From Mesotaenium endlicherianum (taxonomy: Eukaryota): a stretch of DNA of 64,000 nucleotides. Position 1 is the stretch's first letter; each line of letters starts with the position of its first letter. The notes beneath the pieces were generated by a model. It was not told the origin of the DNA and did not search any database. It saw only the letters and a list, made by a program, of their open reading frames with translations. Positions 23,201 through 36,600 of this stretch are shown here, in pieces. A program made the translations under genes and the position numbers. The DNA is taken from positions 97,578 through 161,577 of the forward strand of contig WELA01001627.1 of the NCBI GenBank assembly GCA_009602735.1, given 5' to 3'.

Positions 23201-24594
23201 TCAAAGAGGGACGCACGCCCTTTTGACGTTGCAGTAGCAAGTAGTCACAACCCACATCCTTTCAACCTTGGTCGGAGACCACGTCAACTGTTCAAACTAC
23301 ACTTCGACACAAAGATCACCTACATTGATTGATCGCCTTCACAGTCTCATTAAGGACTTCATATGTTCGTCACTCCTTCTGCTGGTGTCAGTGCTTCACT
23401 TAGCTGCCTGTACTTTTCTGGGCTCTTCTGAACAACGTCATTTAACATGAAATCCTGTAACTGGCACTATAGGAGTGCAGAGAATATCGAATTCCGATGA
23501 TTTGCCCTATGCGTCGACGTATGTTGATGTGTATTGGTCTAATATTCTGGCAGACCAACTAAGTTTCATCGTCAGCATTTCTGGGCTAATCAGGGGACCT
23601 GCAAGCACCTGCGAGTTTGCCTACAAGAACCATAACGGACGGTTGCAGTGTGACTGAGGCGAAGTGTAGCAGCAAAATAAGAGCCAACTGCTTCCATTCA
23701 CTGATATTCCACGTGGTCTACAGGGAAGCGACTACCTCTCAACCGACGTAAATAACACCCAAATAGCGCTGGTCTGTATTATACCGCGCGGTTGTTCGTG
23801 GTTTCACGACTAAAAAGTGCTGAGAAGCATTAAAAAAGTAGCGGTCGCTGGTCGAAGAGGTGTCTTTGGTATGTGCTGGAGGGTCTCTTTGTGCGCCATC
23901 ACACGTGCCCATCCGATAAGGAGCCAATCAAAGTTACTCATTGTCCCAACACTCCAGTGTACTCCAACCTGGTGGGCAGAGCGTACCGCGCGGTACATCT
24001 ACGAACTACTGGTATCCAGTGGCATCTAGGTGATGCTTTTTTTGCACAGCAACTGCGACTTGCTTACTGCAAGCAACTTCAAGCCATGATCGCAGCTAAT
24101 ATGCACAATACCCTACATACTACTCCCGACTCCCGTTAAATTATTTAAAATGACTTTACACTAGGGTCAATTGGACAGGTTTCAAATTCAGACTGGTTGT
24201 TTTGCCAGAGAAAAATATAAGGACAGAACCACGACACATAACACGTCGTTTCCGGTGCTCCTTGACAGCGACGTTGGAATGAAGACGTCCATATACCCGG
24301 ACAATCACAATAGGTCACGAGCCGGCACAAAACCGGCCACGAGAACAGTACAGACATAGCTGCACGTGGTATTACAAGAAATCACGAGCAATGTAACAAC
24401 CAGTAACAACGATCGTTCTACACTCCGGAACAACCGCTGTAAGGAGAAGAAGGCCCGTGAAAGCGATCCTTAGCTTACGACAATCATGAATTTTTAGATG
24501 TGAGACAAAATCGGCAGCAAAAGCAACTAAAAGCTGCCAAAGCATGCCAAAGCAACTGAAAGCCTTCCGGTGTCTGTCGCGACTTCTATCAGTT

Positions 24595-25500
24595 TGACGG
24601 CGCGCACGCGTGGCGCAAGTCACGGCCGCCAGAGGTTCGGAAAGTCAACGTTGGCCCACCGACCATACTGCTGACGTGAGTAAGTAAGCATTGAAAGTTA
24701 AGTCTAAGTCGCACGTGAGTGTGACTGCGACAAGTAAAAACCGACACTCGACAATGGGTGGTGTTTGACAGATGAGTCAGCTGAGAGAGTCGACTCCACT
24801 AGGATATGCAAATGGTCCACACCAGCATCTGCCAAGTAAGGTGGAGCCAACAAAGTAGCCAACTTGGCAAGCGCCAAGTCAAGCCGCGCTAAGATGGCAG
24901 GCCACCTCAACCTTGGGCCTCGGATGGAGCTAACACGACGCAGCTGCCACTTCGGGAGGCATAGGCTCAGCGGCCACGTAGGCGTGCATTCTGACTGAAA
25001 GGCTAAGCCGTCACGCGCAACGGTCACGAGGCCTGCATGCATGCTAAGTGACGTCAAATTACTTAAGTTGTCACGAGCAACGATGACAAGGACAGCATGC
25101 AAGCCGATGACTAAGTCTCGGCACTCTCGAACAAGAGGTGCTTGTGTGGTGCCTGAGATAGGCACGAGCGCGCACACTTTGCCTCATTCTTGCATTGCAC
25201 ATTTTGTCAAAGGAGCAGAAAGGTGGGTGAAGGAGAAAGGAGAAGAAGAAAGAGAGTGCGAAGGAGAAGGAGTTCCCAAGGCCACAATGAGCCCGAGAAG
25301 GAAGGCTTCCGCCGACACTGAAAATCTTTCCTCTTTGTATCATAGAAAAGTTAGGTTTCAGGAGTTCCCAAGAAGGGAGTTCCGCTTGAAAGAAGTAGAG
25401 AGCTCCAAGATAGGATATTTGATTATTAGGTCGAGGTCGTTGCACGACACCGAGCTACACACGTGTGAATCATCAACCTAGGAGGACCGACTTCCACTTG
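24595..25500 (+). repeat. LTR family C relative (solo or partial LTR)
   Basis: Starts TGAC and shares GCGCAAG.CACGGCCGCC...AAGTCAACGTTG and TGTGTGGTGCCTG...TGCCTCATTCTTGC...GTTCCCAAGGCCA with the reverse complement of 9756-10602. Confidence 0.65.
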
Positions 25501-25513
25501 ACTTTACGCATTC

Positions 25514-25950
25514 TGTAATGAATCAATATATTAGTATATATATATTAATTCAATTATTTGTAATGATTCAGTAAGTTCAGTGCTGAGCTTTAGTTGATAT
25601 TCAGTATGACTCAGCCGATAGCAGCAAGCTAGGGTCAACTTAAGTCAGCTTGCTCACACATTCTTTGACAGCCAGCTGACCACCTTAAGTGATACCAGCG
25701 GACTGCCTTGCAATGCATCTAAATAGTGATCTAGATGGAGGGCCAGATGACGCCTTAGGCAAATGGCGTTTTGGGATGATGGGAGATGGCTGTGATTTGG
25801 TTAGCCGAGATCGTACCAACGTGGTTAACTCCCGGGTAGACGGTGCCATCGCACTTGCCGTAAAATAGTAAAATCATTCTATGCACATCCGCTAGGTGTT
25901 GCCCTCGAGTTTGGCATTCAAAAACAAGGCCGACTCTCTGTAGCAGCTAC
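25514..25950 (+). repeat. 5' part of a diverged LTR family A copy
   Basis: Begins TGTAATGAATC and is collinear with the first ~460 nt of the LTRs at 26795 and 44477. It is cut off by LTR B. Confidence 0.8.
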
Positions 25951-28900
25951 TGTAACGATTTCAGTTGTTTAGGCATTTTTGGGACGTTTTTCTGATCACC
26001 TAAAAAACGATGTACTAATTATCGATATTTTATTGATAAAAGATTGCATCTTATTTAATTAATCAACACACGCGTGTGCCGACTGATTTGTGGTCAACTG
26101 GCAAAACGACCAAGATGCTATTGCAAAAAGCATCGTGAAGAAACTTGATTATTTTGCAATAGTACGACATAATTAATCACAACGTGAGCTTGATTGATTA
26201 TGAAGAGTTAACTTAGTTGATCTGTTATCAAATAATATATTTTGACTTTCATTATCTCAGATAACGACTCACATTATTTTTGAATAACGACAAACTCGAA
26301 AGAAAACACCTTAGAAGTGGCATCGATCATAATCGAATCCGCGACCTCTCAGTCGACGTGTTGAAACTCCGAAGATAGTCGTAAAAGTCAAATAAAACAT
26401 AATATGCAAAGTCACTTTGCATTCATGCGGATTCGCACCCCCGACCCTTCGTTTCAATTATTCACATCTAACCAACTTGGCGAAGTAGTTATTATCACTA
26501 CTGGTTTGTGTACGATGAATGTGTACGCGACCTCGCGACCACCTGCGACTTTTCAAAAAGTTGGGTGGACGCGAAAACGCCCGTTTGGCGTGAAACTATT
26601 TTTTGGAAACCGTCGCAGAAACCTCCAAACGGCCAAACGACGCGTTCCGAGTGTTTGGCCGAACGAGTTATTTTCCTTCGACCGTTTTCATTGAACATGA
26701 ACCAGTGCCCTAGGTAGTGACTCAAAGCACTCAGTGTCTCATATTGTGCAAGTATATATACTTGCAAGAGTCATTGTGAGTGCAACTCTCACAATGTAAT
26801 GAATCACTATATTGGTAGATATAATATTCATTCATATATAATAGTTAATTAAGTTCAGTCTGCTGAACTTTAGTCAATATTCAGTCTGCTGGACTTTATG
26901 TACTTATCAATTTAATGACTCAGCCAAGAGCAGCAGGCTGAAGTCAACTTAGGTCAGCTTGCTGACACATTCTTTGACAGCCAGCTAACTTCCGTTCTCG
27001 GTAGCAGCGATTTGCCTAGATGTGCATCTAAGTGTGATATGATAGATGAATGGCCAGATGACATCCTTGGGATGGATGGCAATTCGGGATGATGGGAGAT
27101 GGTGGTGGATTTGGTTAACCGAGGTCCTACCAACGTGGTTAACTCCCGGGTAGGCGGTGCCATCGCACTTGCCGTTGAACAATAAACTCATTCCATCTAC
27201 ATATGCTAGACATTGCTCTCGATTTCGGCATTTGAAAACGAGGCCAACTCTTTTGTACTGCTTACTGAGAGATATCTGAATCCAAGGCGAGAAGCCATTG
27301 ATACGCATTGTCTTTTAGCCTTGCTTATATATGAGTTTACTGATTGCATTATTGATGCTGATTTACCTGCATTTGACTTGCGAGTATTGTCCACTGCTAG
27401 TATGTTGTCTTTTGCTATTTAATTAGTTAACAAAAAATACCATAAAGATTACTCGCTGATATAAAGATCTTTTTTAATTGTTAATCGCCTATTGGTAAGT
27501 CGATTCAATTTAGTGGTATCGGAGCAGTTATCACACTCTTCTTTGTATGGTAAGGACAAGGTCTCAAACTAGCAACTCCCGAGACAGAGAACCAGGATAA
27601 CGAGAATGTCAAACACTAGGCTGAAGCCATGTAGCTGGAACCCGTACCTATTCTGAAGCAGTGGCAGATATTGCACTTAGAGAGGCTGCAGATGAGGCAG
27701 CTGCTATTGCCGGAGTCGCAGCACAGCACTGAGGAGGAGAAAGTCAGATTAGAAGCCGAACGATTAGCAAAAGTTGCTGAAGATACAAAAAGGAGGGAAG
27801 GACAGCCAGCGGACGAGCGCACTGTCAATGAACTTATGGCAAAAAGGGCTAATGTTCTGAACCCACCTCCTGCTGTACAACTCAATGTGCCTCTATGTGA
27901 AATTTGTGACCGGCTGAATTTGACAGGAACTGTTGCTGCAGGAGCGAGAGGGAATGTTGAGGACACTACTCAGCGAGTGAATGCTACTGTTACTGCTGCA
28001 TTTGCTGGGCTCCCACCTCAAAATGTAGATCTGGGAGCATTATTTGTGCAAACGCAATCGCAAATGGCGAGCATGTATCAGTTCCAACAGGAGGACAAAA
28101 GGATCATGATGGCTTTGCTGCATAACACAAACCAACTGGGTTCTCATACCACGGGAGGTGGTGGCAGAGGGCCTAGTTAGTCTAAGCCAAAATCTCCCCA
28201 GGACTATGATCCTGAGAGAAACAAAAAAGTAATACCTAATCGAGTTTCTCGCTCATGTTGAGCAGTGGCTGGAGAACTACCCAGAATTGCAGGATTACGA
28301 GAAGGTCAGGCACACTGGTGCTCTACAAAATGGCAGTGCAGCAGACTGGTGGCTGTATTACAAAGAAGCGCGTAAGGCTCAGCAACTCGGTGACCCTACT
28401 TGGATAGAGTTTGTCGAGAAATTGCATGAGAAGTTTGATGTCATCAATCAGCAGGAGAAAGCTATCTATGCAATGATCTTCTTGACACTGAAGTAGACCA
28501 CTTTAGTTGCTGAGTTTGCTCAAAAGTTCCAGGAGAACATGATGAAGCAACCAGATTTGCCATAGCGATATAGGATAGCATACTTCAGGTGTAACTTGAA
28601 ATTCGAAGTCTCGGGTCATTTTGCTGAAAAGAAGTATGAGAAACTGGCTGACTTGATCCAGGACACTATGCCTGGGATCAGCAGCTGTTCAATCACAAGC
28701 GCCAGAGTAATGCTTGGGTGTCTAAGATTGTCAAAAAGCCCCACGTTTCCTACAATGCTATTAAATGAGACCAGGCTGAGGATGATGAGGGTGATGAGTA
28801 TGAGTATGAGTATAATGCTATGCAGTATAGAGGGAGAGGTGGTTACTCTCGAGGTGGCTATGGAAGAGGTGGTGGTAGGACCAAGCCGAGACCACCCTCA

Positions 28901-30782
28901 GCAAAATCTATTTGCTTCCATTGCCAGCAGGCAGGTGACTTCAGAAAGCAGTGTCCAGACAAGCACCTCCCAAAGGTTGAGAGTAGAGACCAGCCTCTAA
29001 AAGACAGCAACAGTCAGTAAACCAGTCTACTAACTGTGAGGATGCTAGAGATAGTGAGTCGTCACTAGCTGCCTTTGTAGCAAGTATTATGGGTCCTGCT
29101 GAATTGAATTCACTATGCATGCCTGACAACCAGATAAATGAGACCATCAGCAATATAGATCCCCAGAGAGTGCACACTCTAGATTATCTTGTTCCACCTG
29201 ATGTCCAACATTTCTTTGCTAAGTCAACAGAACAGTGCAAAAGTCAGGAAAAGACAGTCCTCCCAATTCTACTGCATTGTATGATTGCAGGTAGGAAAGT
29301 GAGGGCATTTGTTGACGGAGGGGCGTCACATACTTTTATCCATAAGGACTTACTTAAGCGGCTAAGGTTGCCTACTGTCACCCAAGGGAATAAAAAAATA
29401 TTTCTTGGAGATGCCTCAAGTATCTCGGGAGGAGCTATAACCAAGCCTATTGAGGTCGAGTTAGGTTCTGGCATTGCAATTCTAACTGAAAAGCTTGCAT
29501 TTGAGGTACTTAACACTTGCTTTTATGATCTTGTGCTAGGCAGGTCGTGGCTTAATAGACATCAAGCTGAAGTGTGTTGAAGCGGAGTTACAGTTAAAAC
29601 GAGAGGAGCCAGTGATAGGCAGACTAACTTGGCACCCACCAGTGCTCTTCCTCTTGTACTGTATGGATGGCAAATGAAGGAATAGACGAGGCTTCCAGGA
29701 GGATGCAAATTGCTGAATGCAATGGAGTTTGTCGAAAGCTGGAACCAGAAGGAAGACAGAATGTTCTGTCTGCTGCTGAAAGAGGTACCTCCTCAACCTG
29801 AAGAAGTGGTTGAGGAAAAGGTGAGCCCTCCGGAGCACCCTACTGCTGCAAAAATTGTTGCTCAGTATTCTCATGTTTTTTATGTGCCTCCAGGATTGCC
29901 CCCTAAGAGGGAAGTATAGCATAGGATTGATTTATTACCGGGGAGTTAGCCACCTTGGCAACGCACCTATGGCTTGTCTTACGTGGAGAGCGAAGAGTTG
30001 AAAACACAGATTGCAGAGCTGGAGGAAAATGGTTATATTTCCCCCAGTAAATCATCTTATGGCGCACCCATCCTATTTGTTAAGAAAAAGGATGATAGTA
30101 TGCTAATGTGCGTGGATTATAGAGCTCTTAACAGGATTACAATGAAGAACAAGAATGCTTTATTTCCAATCAAGAACTTGCTTCATACCCTGTGTGGTGC
30201 TAAAATGTTTAGTAAAATAGATCTTAAGAGTGGTTATCATCAAATCAAAACTGTTGAGCAAGATCAACACAAGACTGCCTTTCGCACACATTATGGACAC
30301 TGAATTTAATGTGATGCCATTTGGACTGACTAATGCTCCTGCAACCTTCATGAGAGCTATGAATGACATTTTCAGGCCTTACTTGGATAAGTTTGTGCAA
30401 GTCTTCTTGGATGATAATTTAATTTTTTCTAAAAATGAAGCTGAGCATGCTGAGCACTTAAAGACAATCATGGACACTCTGAGAAGGAACCAGGTATATG
30501 CTAAAATGAGCAAGTGCGATTTCTTTAAGGAAAGTATTAAATTCTTGGGCCACATTGTCAGTAAGGAAGGCATCAGTGTGGACCCTAAGAAAGGCCAGAC
30601 CATAAGGGACTGGCCAATACCACAACCCGTCTCAGAAGTTAGATCCTTCCTTGGGTTGGCTAACTATTATAGGAGATTCGTTGAAAACTATTCTACAAAG
30701 GCCAGTAAACTGACTGACCTTACTAAGAAGGACATGGGTATGTGTGGAAGGAAGAGCAGCAAGCTGCTTTCCAGACCCTTAA

Positions 30783-32514
30783 CACTAGGTAGACGATGGT
30801 GCCAAATGTGGACCTAGAACCAAAAAAATCACCACTGGAGGCCTATATTGCACCACATGTTTCTATCCTTTTTTTAAATGAGAATTTAACGAGACTTGTA
30901 TGCCTGCAACCACAAAAACCTGAACTCGTCCGGAAAAATAATTTCAAAGCGAACGGACGAGTACTGACAAAGTACGACTTTCTCGGCCAGGAAAGCAGTG
31001 ACAAAATCGAACAGATTAGGTCGATATTTTCTCACTCGAAAGCTCTCTATATTTCTTTCTTGCGCGCTCTAACAGCCATGGCTGCCATTGCATCTTTGTC
31101 TAGTGGTGTTGTGGTAGGGGTAGGCACAAGAATACTTACTCCTAGCAAAATTTGGGGGGAAGTATGGGCATAGCAAGAGCTCGGATTGGAGTTTGAGCAG
31201 TTCTATCTGATTGGAGAGCTTGCAAAAGAGGTCACTAAGCACAAGGAAAGTAAGTACAAGATATACTTTACATATGATGGGGAGTATAAGACATGGAAGC
31301 GTTTGTTCATACTGCAGCACATTCCTAAAGTACCCGAAATAGAGTGGGTGAAGCCATATGAGGGAGTTGTCGCGATCCGGGTTGAATCTAGCCCTAATTT
31401 GCTAAATCCTACAGTTCATAGCCCTCCTCAGATGAGAACAGAAATTACTATAGAAGAAAAAGAGACTATCGTAGAGGACAGAGGGTCACCGGAGCTATCA
31501 GATGAGGAGTTTGAAGTAGCAAATGAGGAGGAGGAAGAAGACATAGGGCCGGTTAGAAAGAGGGGAAGGCCTGCTAAGGATAAGGCACCTGCTTTGGATA
31601 TACCAAGCTGCAGGAAGAAGAAACAGTGTAGAAAAGGAGTGAGGGCTAATAGTGTCGTTTGCATGTTTAAGAAGTTCTATCAGGGAGCAGCAAAAAGGAA
31701 GGCTAGGTGCCAGTTCATGTGTCGACCATGCAACGTGCACATGTGTCCTGAGACATGTTTTGAGATATTTCACACCACTAGGAACATCATACATGTAGAT
31801 GTTCCTCCATTCAGGCTCCCTAATGGCTTCTTGGCCAAGCAGTAGTTAGGAGTTCAGAATGACTAAAGACACAATTGTTTTTATGAGTAGTAGGCTGCAT
31901 AGATTCCATCTTGCGCGCCTCGAGTCTTGGGACTTTTGCATCATATGCTTGAATTTTTATATGCACATTTTTGAGGCTTTATTGGTGCAGTGTGCTTGCT
32001 TAGTAATAGGTGAACATAACGAAACAAGAATCTTTGAAATGCATAAAGTACTTTTAGAGCTATGTCAGAAATAATTTTTCTACTTCGACACCTTGCTCCT
32101 AAAGTTGTGAAACCATCCAAGAAAAACCTGGTGTCAGTTTTGACACCAAAGTTTGAGAGGCTGCTGCTGTGTTTGTAGTGAATGAATTGCAGATCTGTGA
32201 AGTGCAATGCACTCTACACATCATAGGGTAGGCTAGGAGAAATCAAGAGGCCCCAGTTTGTTGTATTTTTTCGGATATTGCGGCGGAAAGGAATGTACTT
32301 TTTCCTCGCGCGCGTGCAGTCCCACTAAAAGTACCAAAAGTTCCGTAAATACCGGCGCTAAAATCGGAATTATTAGATTGGCAGAAAGCTTATTCAAATG
32401 TGCATGTGGACATGTATGGCTTGCTTGCACCACATGTGTTCTGATTTTAGTATAACCATTCAACAATAGCTTCCAGTGGTGTCAGTTCTGGTTCCACAAG
32501 CAGTAAACCTAATG
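30783..32514 (+). mobile_element. Non-autonomous piggyBac element PB1
   Basis: TTAA duplicated at 30779-30782 and 32515-32518; the empty site is visible in G2 (CAGACCCTTAAAGATGC near 48463). Imperfect TIRs CACTAGGT.../...ACCTAATG. Encodes a piggyBac-type C-terminal Cys-rich domain. Confidence 0.9.
31078..31845 (+). pseudogene. Internally deleted piggyBac transposase: N-terminal domain, AT-hook and Cys-rich domain, no DDD core (one stop at 31171-31173)
   Basis: RKRGRPAK; VVC...CRPCNVHMCPETCFEIFH; the N-terminus is homologous to 57133-57435. Confidence 0.8.
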
Positions 32515-34938
32515 TTAAAGATGCTCTCTGTTCTGCCCAAGTCTTAGCTGTGTATGACCCTAGCAAACCTGTGCAGGTGTTTACTGATGCTTCGAAATTT
32601 GCCATGGGTGCTCGTTTGTTGCAGCCTGCTGACAAAACCAGAAAGGATAGTAAAGTAAAACAGGATTGGCACCTGGTGCTATATGAGTCTATGTAACCCA
32701 GCTAAAATTAACTATTTTGTGCATGATAAGGAGCTGCTTGCTATCATTCATGTGCTCAAATAATGGAGAGCATACTTACATGATAAAGCTTTTAAGGTGA
32801 TTACATACCATCTAGCTCTGACTCACTTTCAGAAGAAGTCCAAGCTGTCGAGGAGGGAGAACCGCTGGAGCCAGATGCTGGAGCAGTTCCAAGTCCAGAT
32901 CGACTACAAACCAGGCAAGTTGAATCCTGCTGATGCACTCTCTAAAAGACCTGACTTGCAAGAAAGGAACTTTAGTCAGCATGCTGTAGACAAAGTTCTT
33001 TGTGCACTCACTTCACTAAAGGTGAACAAGTCCATCCTGGAACAACTTAGGAAAGCCTACCTTTCTGACCCAACATTTGAGCCCAACCCCACCGATGGTG
33101 TGTGTCCTGCTACTGCACTTGAGTATAGGCTAAAGCGAGGGGTCTGGGTGACTGAAACCCCTTGAGGTAGACTGAAGCTGGTCATTCCTAATAAGTTGGA
33201 AATAAGGTCACTCTTACTGAGTCAAACACATAACAGTTTACTGGGTGGACATTTGGGGCAGGCCAAAACTTTTTGTAAACCGGCAAAACATTATCATTGG
33301 GATGGGTTGCCTCGGGAGGTCTTGAAATACTTTTAGTCCTGTGATTAGTGTCAAAAAAATAAGTCTAGACACACACCACCCGGGGGGCTATTTCAACCAC
33401 TGCCCATCCCAACTGAACGCTGGGAACCAATATCCATGGACTGGGTGGTAACACTACTAAGAACTGCCAATGGGCATGATGCGATACGGGTAGTAGTGGA
33501 TAAACTGACAAAAATGGTCATTTTCATCCCCACCACTGTCAAAGTAACTGCACTCGAAACTGCGAGACAGTTCTACAACCATGTAGTATGCCAACATGGG
33601 CTACCCTCTTAAATCACCTCAGAAAGACTCAAAATTTACCTCTAAGTTCTGGAGAGCTTTGGGATTAATGGGAGTCAAACAGCTGCTCAACGCAGCAAAG
33701 CACCCCCAGGCTGATGGGCAGACTGAAAGAACTAACTGAGTTCTGCAAGAGGTGCTGAGAGCATATATTAACCAAAAACAAGATAATTGGGATGACCTGT
33801 TGCCTCAAATTCAGTTTGCGGTCAACAGTGCGGTGCACGCGTCAATGGGAAAGACTCTTTTTGACTCAATCTGGGTAGAGTCCCTAAGTCTCCTTTAGAT
33901 GTACTAGGGGAGTCTTTAACTTACCCTAAGGGAATTGAGAATCCGGTCTCTCTCTAGTTGACTCAGGAGTTTGCTGACACCCTGTCAGTAGTCCAACAAA
34001 ATCTGCACAAAGTCCAGGAAAATCAACAAAAATACGCTAATCAACACCGTTGAGAGCTGGCATTTTCAAAGGGGGATTTGGTCAAATTGCATTCTCAACA
34101 CCTGTACCTGCCTGGTATGGTCAAGAAAAAGCTTGATCCTGCCTGGGTCGATTCATATTTGGTGGTGCGCCGTGTCGGTCAGAATGCTTACAAACTAAAC
34201 ATGTCAGCGGAATACAAGGGTCACCCAGTCTTTAATGTCGCCTTCCTAGACCCATATATCAAAGGTGACACACTGTTCACAGGTCGGTCACCTGTCCAAC
34301 CGGGACCGGTCCCCGATGCCGAGAAGGTGACCCTGAAGCATATGAGGTCGAGGAGATTTTAGAAGCTCGCTCTGTCCGTCGATCATCTAAACATGTCATG
34401 AAATATCTGGTCAGATGGGAGGGTTACGATGCCTCTAGGATACTTGGGAATTTATGGACCATTTGACCAATGCCGAAGGGGCGTTGAAACGGTTCCACCT
34501 TTGGGCGGCTGGGGCACCTCCCTAACTGTTAATTCACTTGACATGGGAAGGTGATAGGAGGTCTTGTCTCCAGTTAAGTTGGAGGGGAAATGTGCCAGTA
34601 AATGACACTTAGTGCGCGAGAAAGTGATAGTTATTTACAGTAAAGTGTCAGCAGAGTGACAGATGTGACAGCCAGGCCCACGTGAAGCTAAGTTTGCAAG
34701 GTACTGACCACTCGGAAGGAGAAAGGGACCAGCACATCAACAAATCACTCAACTCACCCTGCACACACACATTCACTCGTTTATTCTCATCGCACTGCAG
34801 CTCCGTTAACTCCTAGTAATCACCCTGTAAGGTAAAAGGGAACAAACTTACCATACGGATACAAACTTACTTCTCTTCTTGCAACTCCTGTGACAAAGAT
34901 TGAGATCCTACTAATTGTGCCCTGGTTACATGTGCAGG

Positions 34939-36600
34939 ATGGCTCCCACCACACAAAAGGAAGACAGAAAGCGCAAGGCAGAAGAAGCCAAGAGGACAAT
35001 GGAGCAATACCAGAAAGAGCTGGCGGCAACGTCCCTCACCAGGAGAGAACAAGAAAGGGTCTGCAGCAACAAGAGGCGGCAGAAGAGGCACAGAGGAAGA
35101 AGAAGCAGGAGGCGAAAAATCTCAAAAAAGCTGAGGAAGAGAGACAGAGGAAACAACAAGAAGAAGCGGCGGCAGCAGAGGAAGAGAGAAGGAAGAAGGC
35201 TGAAGCTGAGAAGCAGAAGAGCCTGGCCACTTATAGATATACTGTGGTGGGTGGCCAAACCTTTGATAACCTGAATAAAGCATTATTGGCAGCCTAGGAG
35301 ATCAACAAGGTGGAACAGAAAACATTGCTTCAGAGACAAGGATCTGAAGCTCTGGATAAGTACATTGAGACACACACTGGTGTGGTCCTCTACGAAGATT
35401 ATGCCAAAATGATGATATATACAGCAGAGCAGGCACGGTTTCTTGAAGATGACTCGAAAGATAAGCCAGTACCAGTGCCTGGCATAGTGGGGAAGTAGAG
35501 ACTCATCAGGATGGTCAGGATGCAGCCCGATAGCTTTAAGGATGCAGTATTTTACCTGACACTAGTGCCAGCCTACAATGAAGCTGAGAGGAGGAGCTGG
35601 GATACTTGGCCAGGAAAACAGGGCAGCTGATGTTCTCCCCCCACTGGTTTCCTTGTAAGTTGAAAAAGGCTGAGCACGGGCCACAGTATTACCAGCAGCC
35701 CACGGACTGGAGGTGGATGACCGTCACTAACAGAAAGCAGGAGTGTGACCTGACTTCCACTACGGGTTGGACGGCTACCTCATCTTACCACCTCACATTG
35801 CCCCTTGGGACCCCAGGCTTTATGGATGCCTGAGTAATATGAATGCCGAGACCAAGGAGTACAGGAGGAGGGAAAGAGACTGTTTCTCTAAGGGGAAGCA
35901 TGCCTTTGTCAAATGGGCGAAGAATGCAGGCAGGATAAATATCAGCAGGCTGAAGGCCAAGCAACCCCCAGCTCGTCCTAAGAAAGGGCAATCATTAGAT
36001 TTTTCCATGTCTACCAGGGAGCAGGATGACTTAGTGGACAAGACCCCTATCCTTTCAGAGGAGGAAGGAGAAGAGGATGAGGAAGAGGAATAGGGCAGAG
36101 GAGAAGCATCAGGAGCTGGTACTCAGGAGACCCAGGGACATGCAGAAGCAGGGACTCCTAGGGCGCCCAAATCAGGTGTATGGAATGTGATCCCTACTAT
36201 GGAGGCAACAGGACTCCGCACTCGTTCTCCCAGTCCACTTGCCCAAGCAAGGGAAGAAGCTGATCCGAATGTTCTTGGCAGCAGAGAAAGGCAGAAATTC
36301 CCAGAGGATAGGGGTACCAAAAGCATCCTACCGGAATGCCGATTTATGTGGGCATTAACACCCAGGTGGTTGAAGAGCAGGCGACCATCCTTTGTTCTCC
36401 TTGAGGCCCAACTTTAGAACAAACAGGGTTCTTAAGAAGGCCAGCTGATAGACCTAGAGGACTGTCCAGATCTAGGTCCAGATCTCAGTCTCTTGATTCT
36501 GGAGCCCCAGGAACGACCCCCTAAACATCAAAATCATCCTCCAGTCAAGCCTTGTTAGAGGTCTCTCTGTTTGCACCCCACAACGGAAGTGGACTGAGGG
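34939..36600 (+). pseudogene. Degraded accessory ORF3 of G1 (homolog of 50834-52495)
   Basis: YRYTVVGG, DKYIETHTGVVLYEDYAKM, HWFPCKLKK, PTDWRWMT, LPPHIAPWDPRL, HAFVKWA. Confidence 0.85.

Larger units (their letters stand above)
27547..34525 (+). pseudogene. gag-pol of G1 (many stops and frameshifts; interrupted by piggyBac PB1)
   Basis: [48 protein letters not shown]; near-identical to gag-pol of G2. Confidence 0.92.

Noticed and set aside
26508..26717. Repeated ORF MYDECVRDLA... (also at 57959)
   Set aside because: Part of LTR family B copies, with no evidence of coding.
26954..27308. Antisense ORFs (MAPPTRELTT..., MRINGFSPW...) recurring at 36914, 44637 and 52741
   Set aside because: They recur only because they lie in copies of the same LTR; no protein motif supports them.
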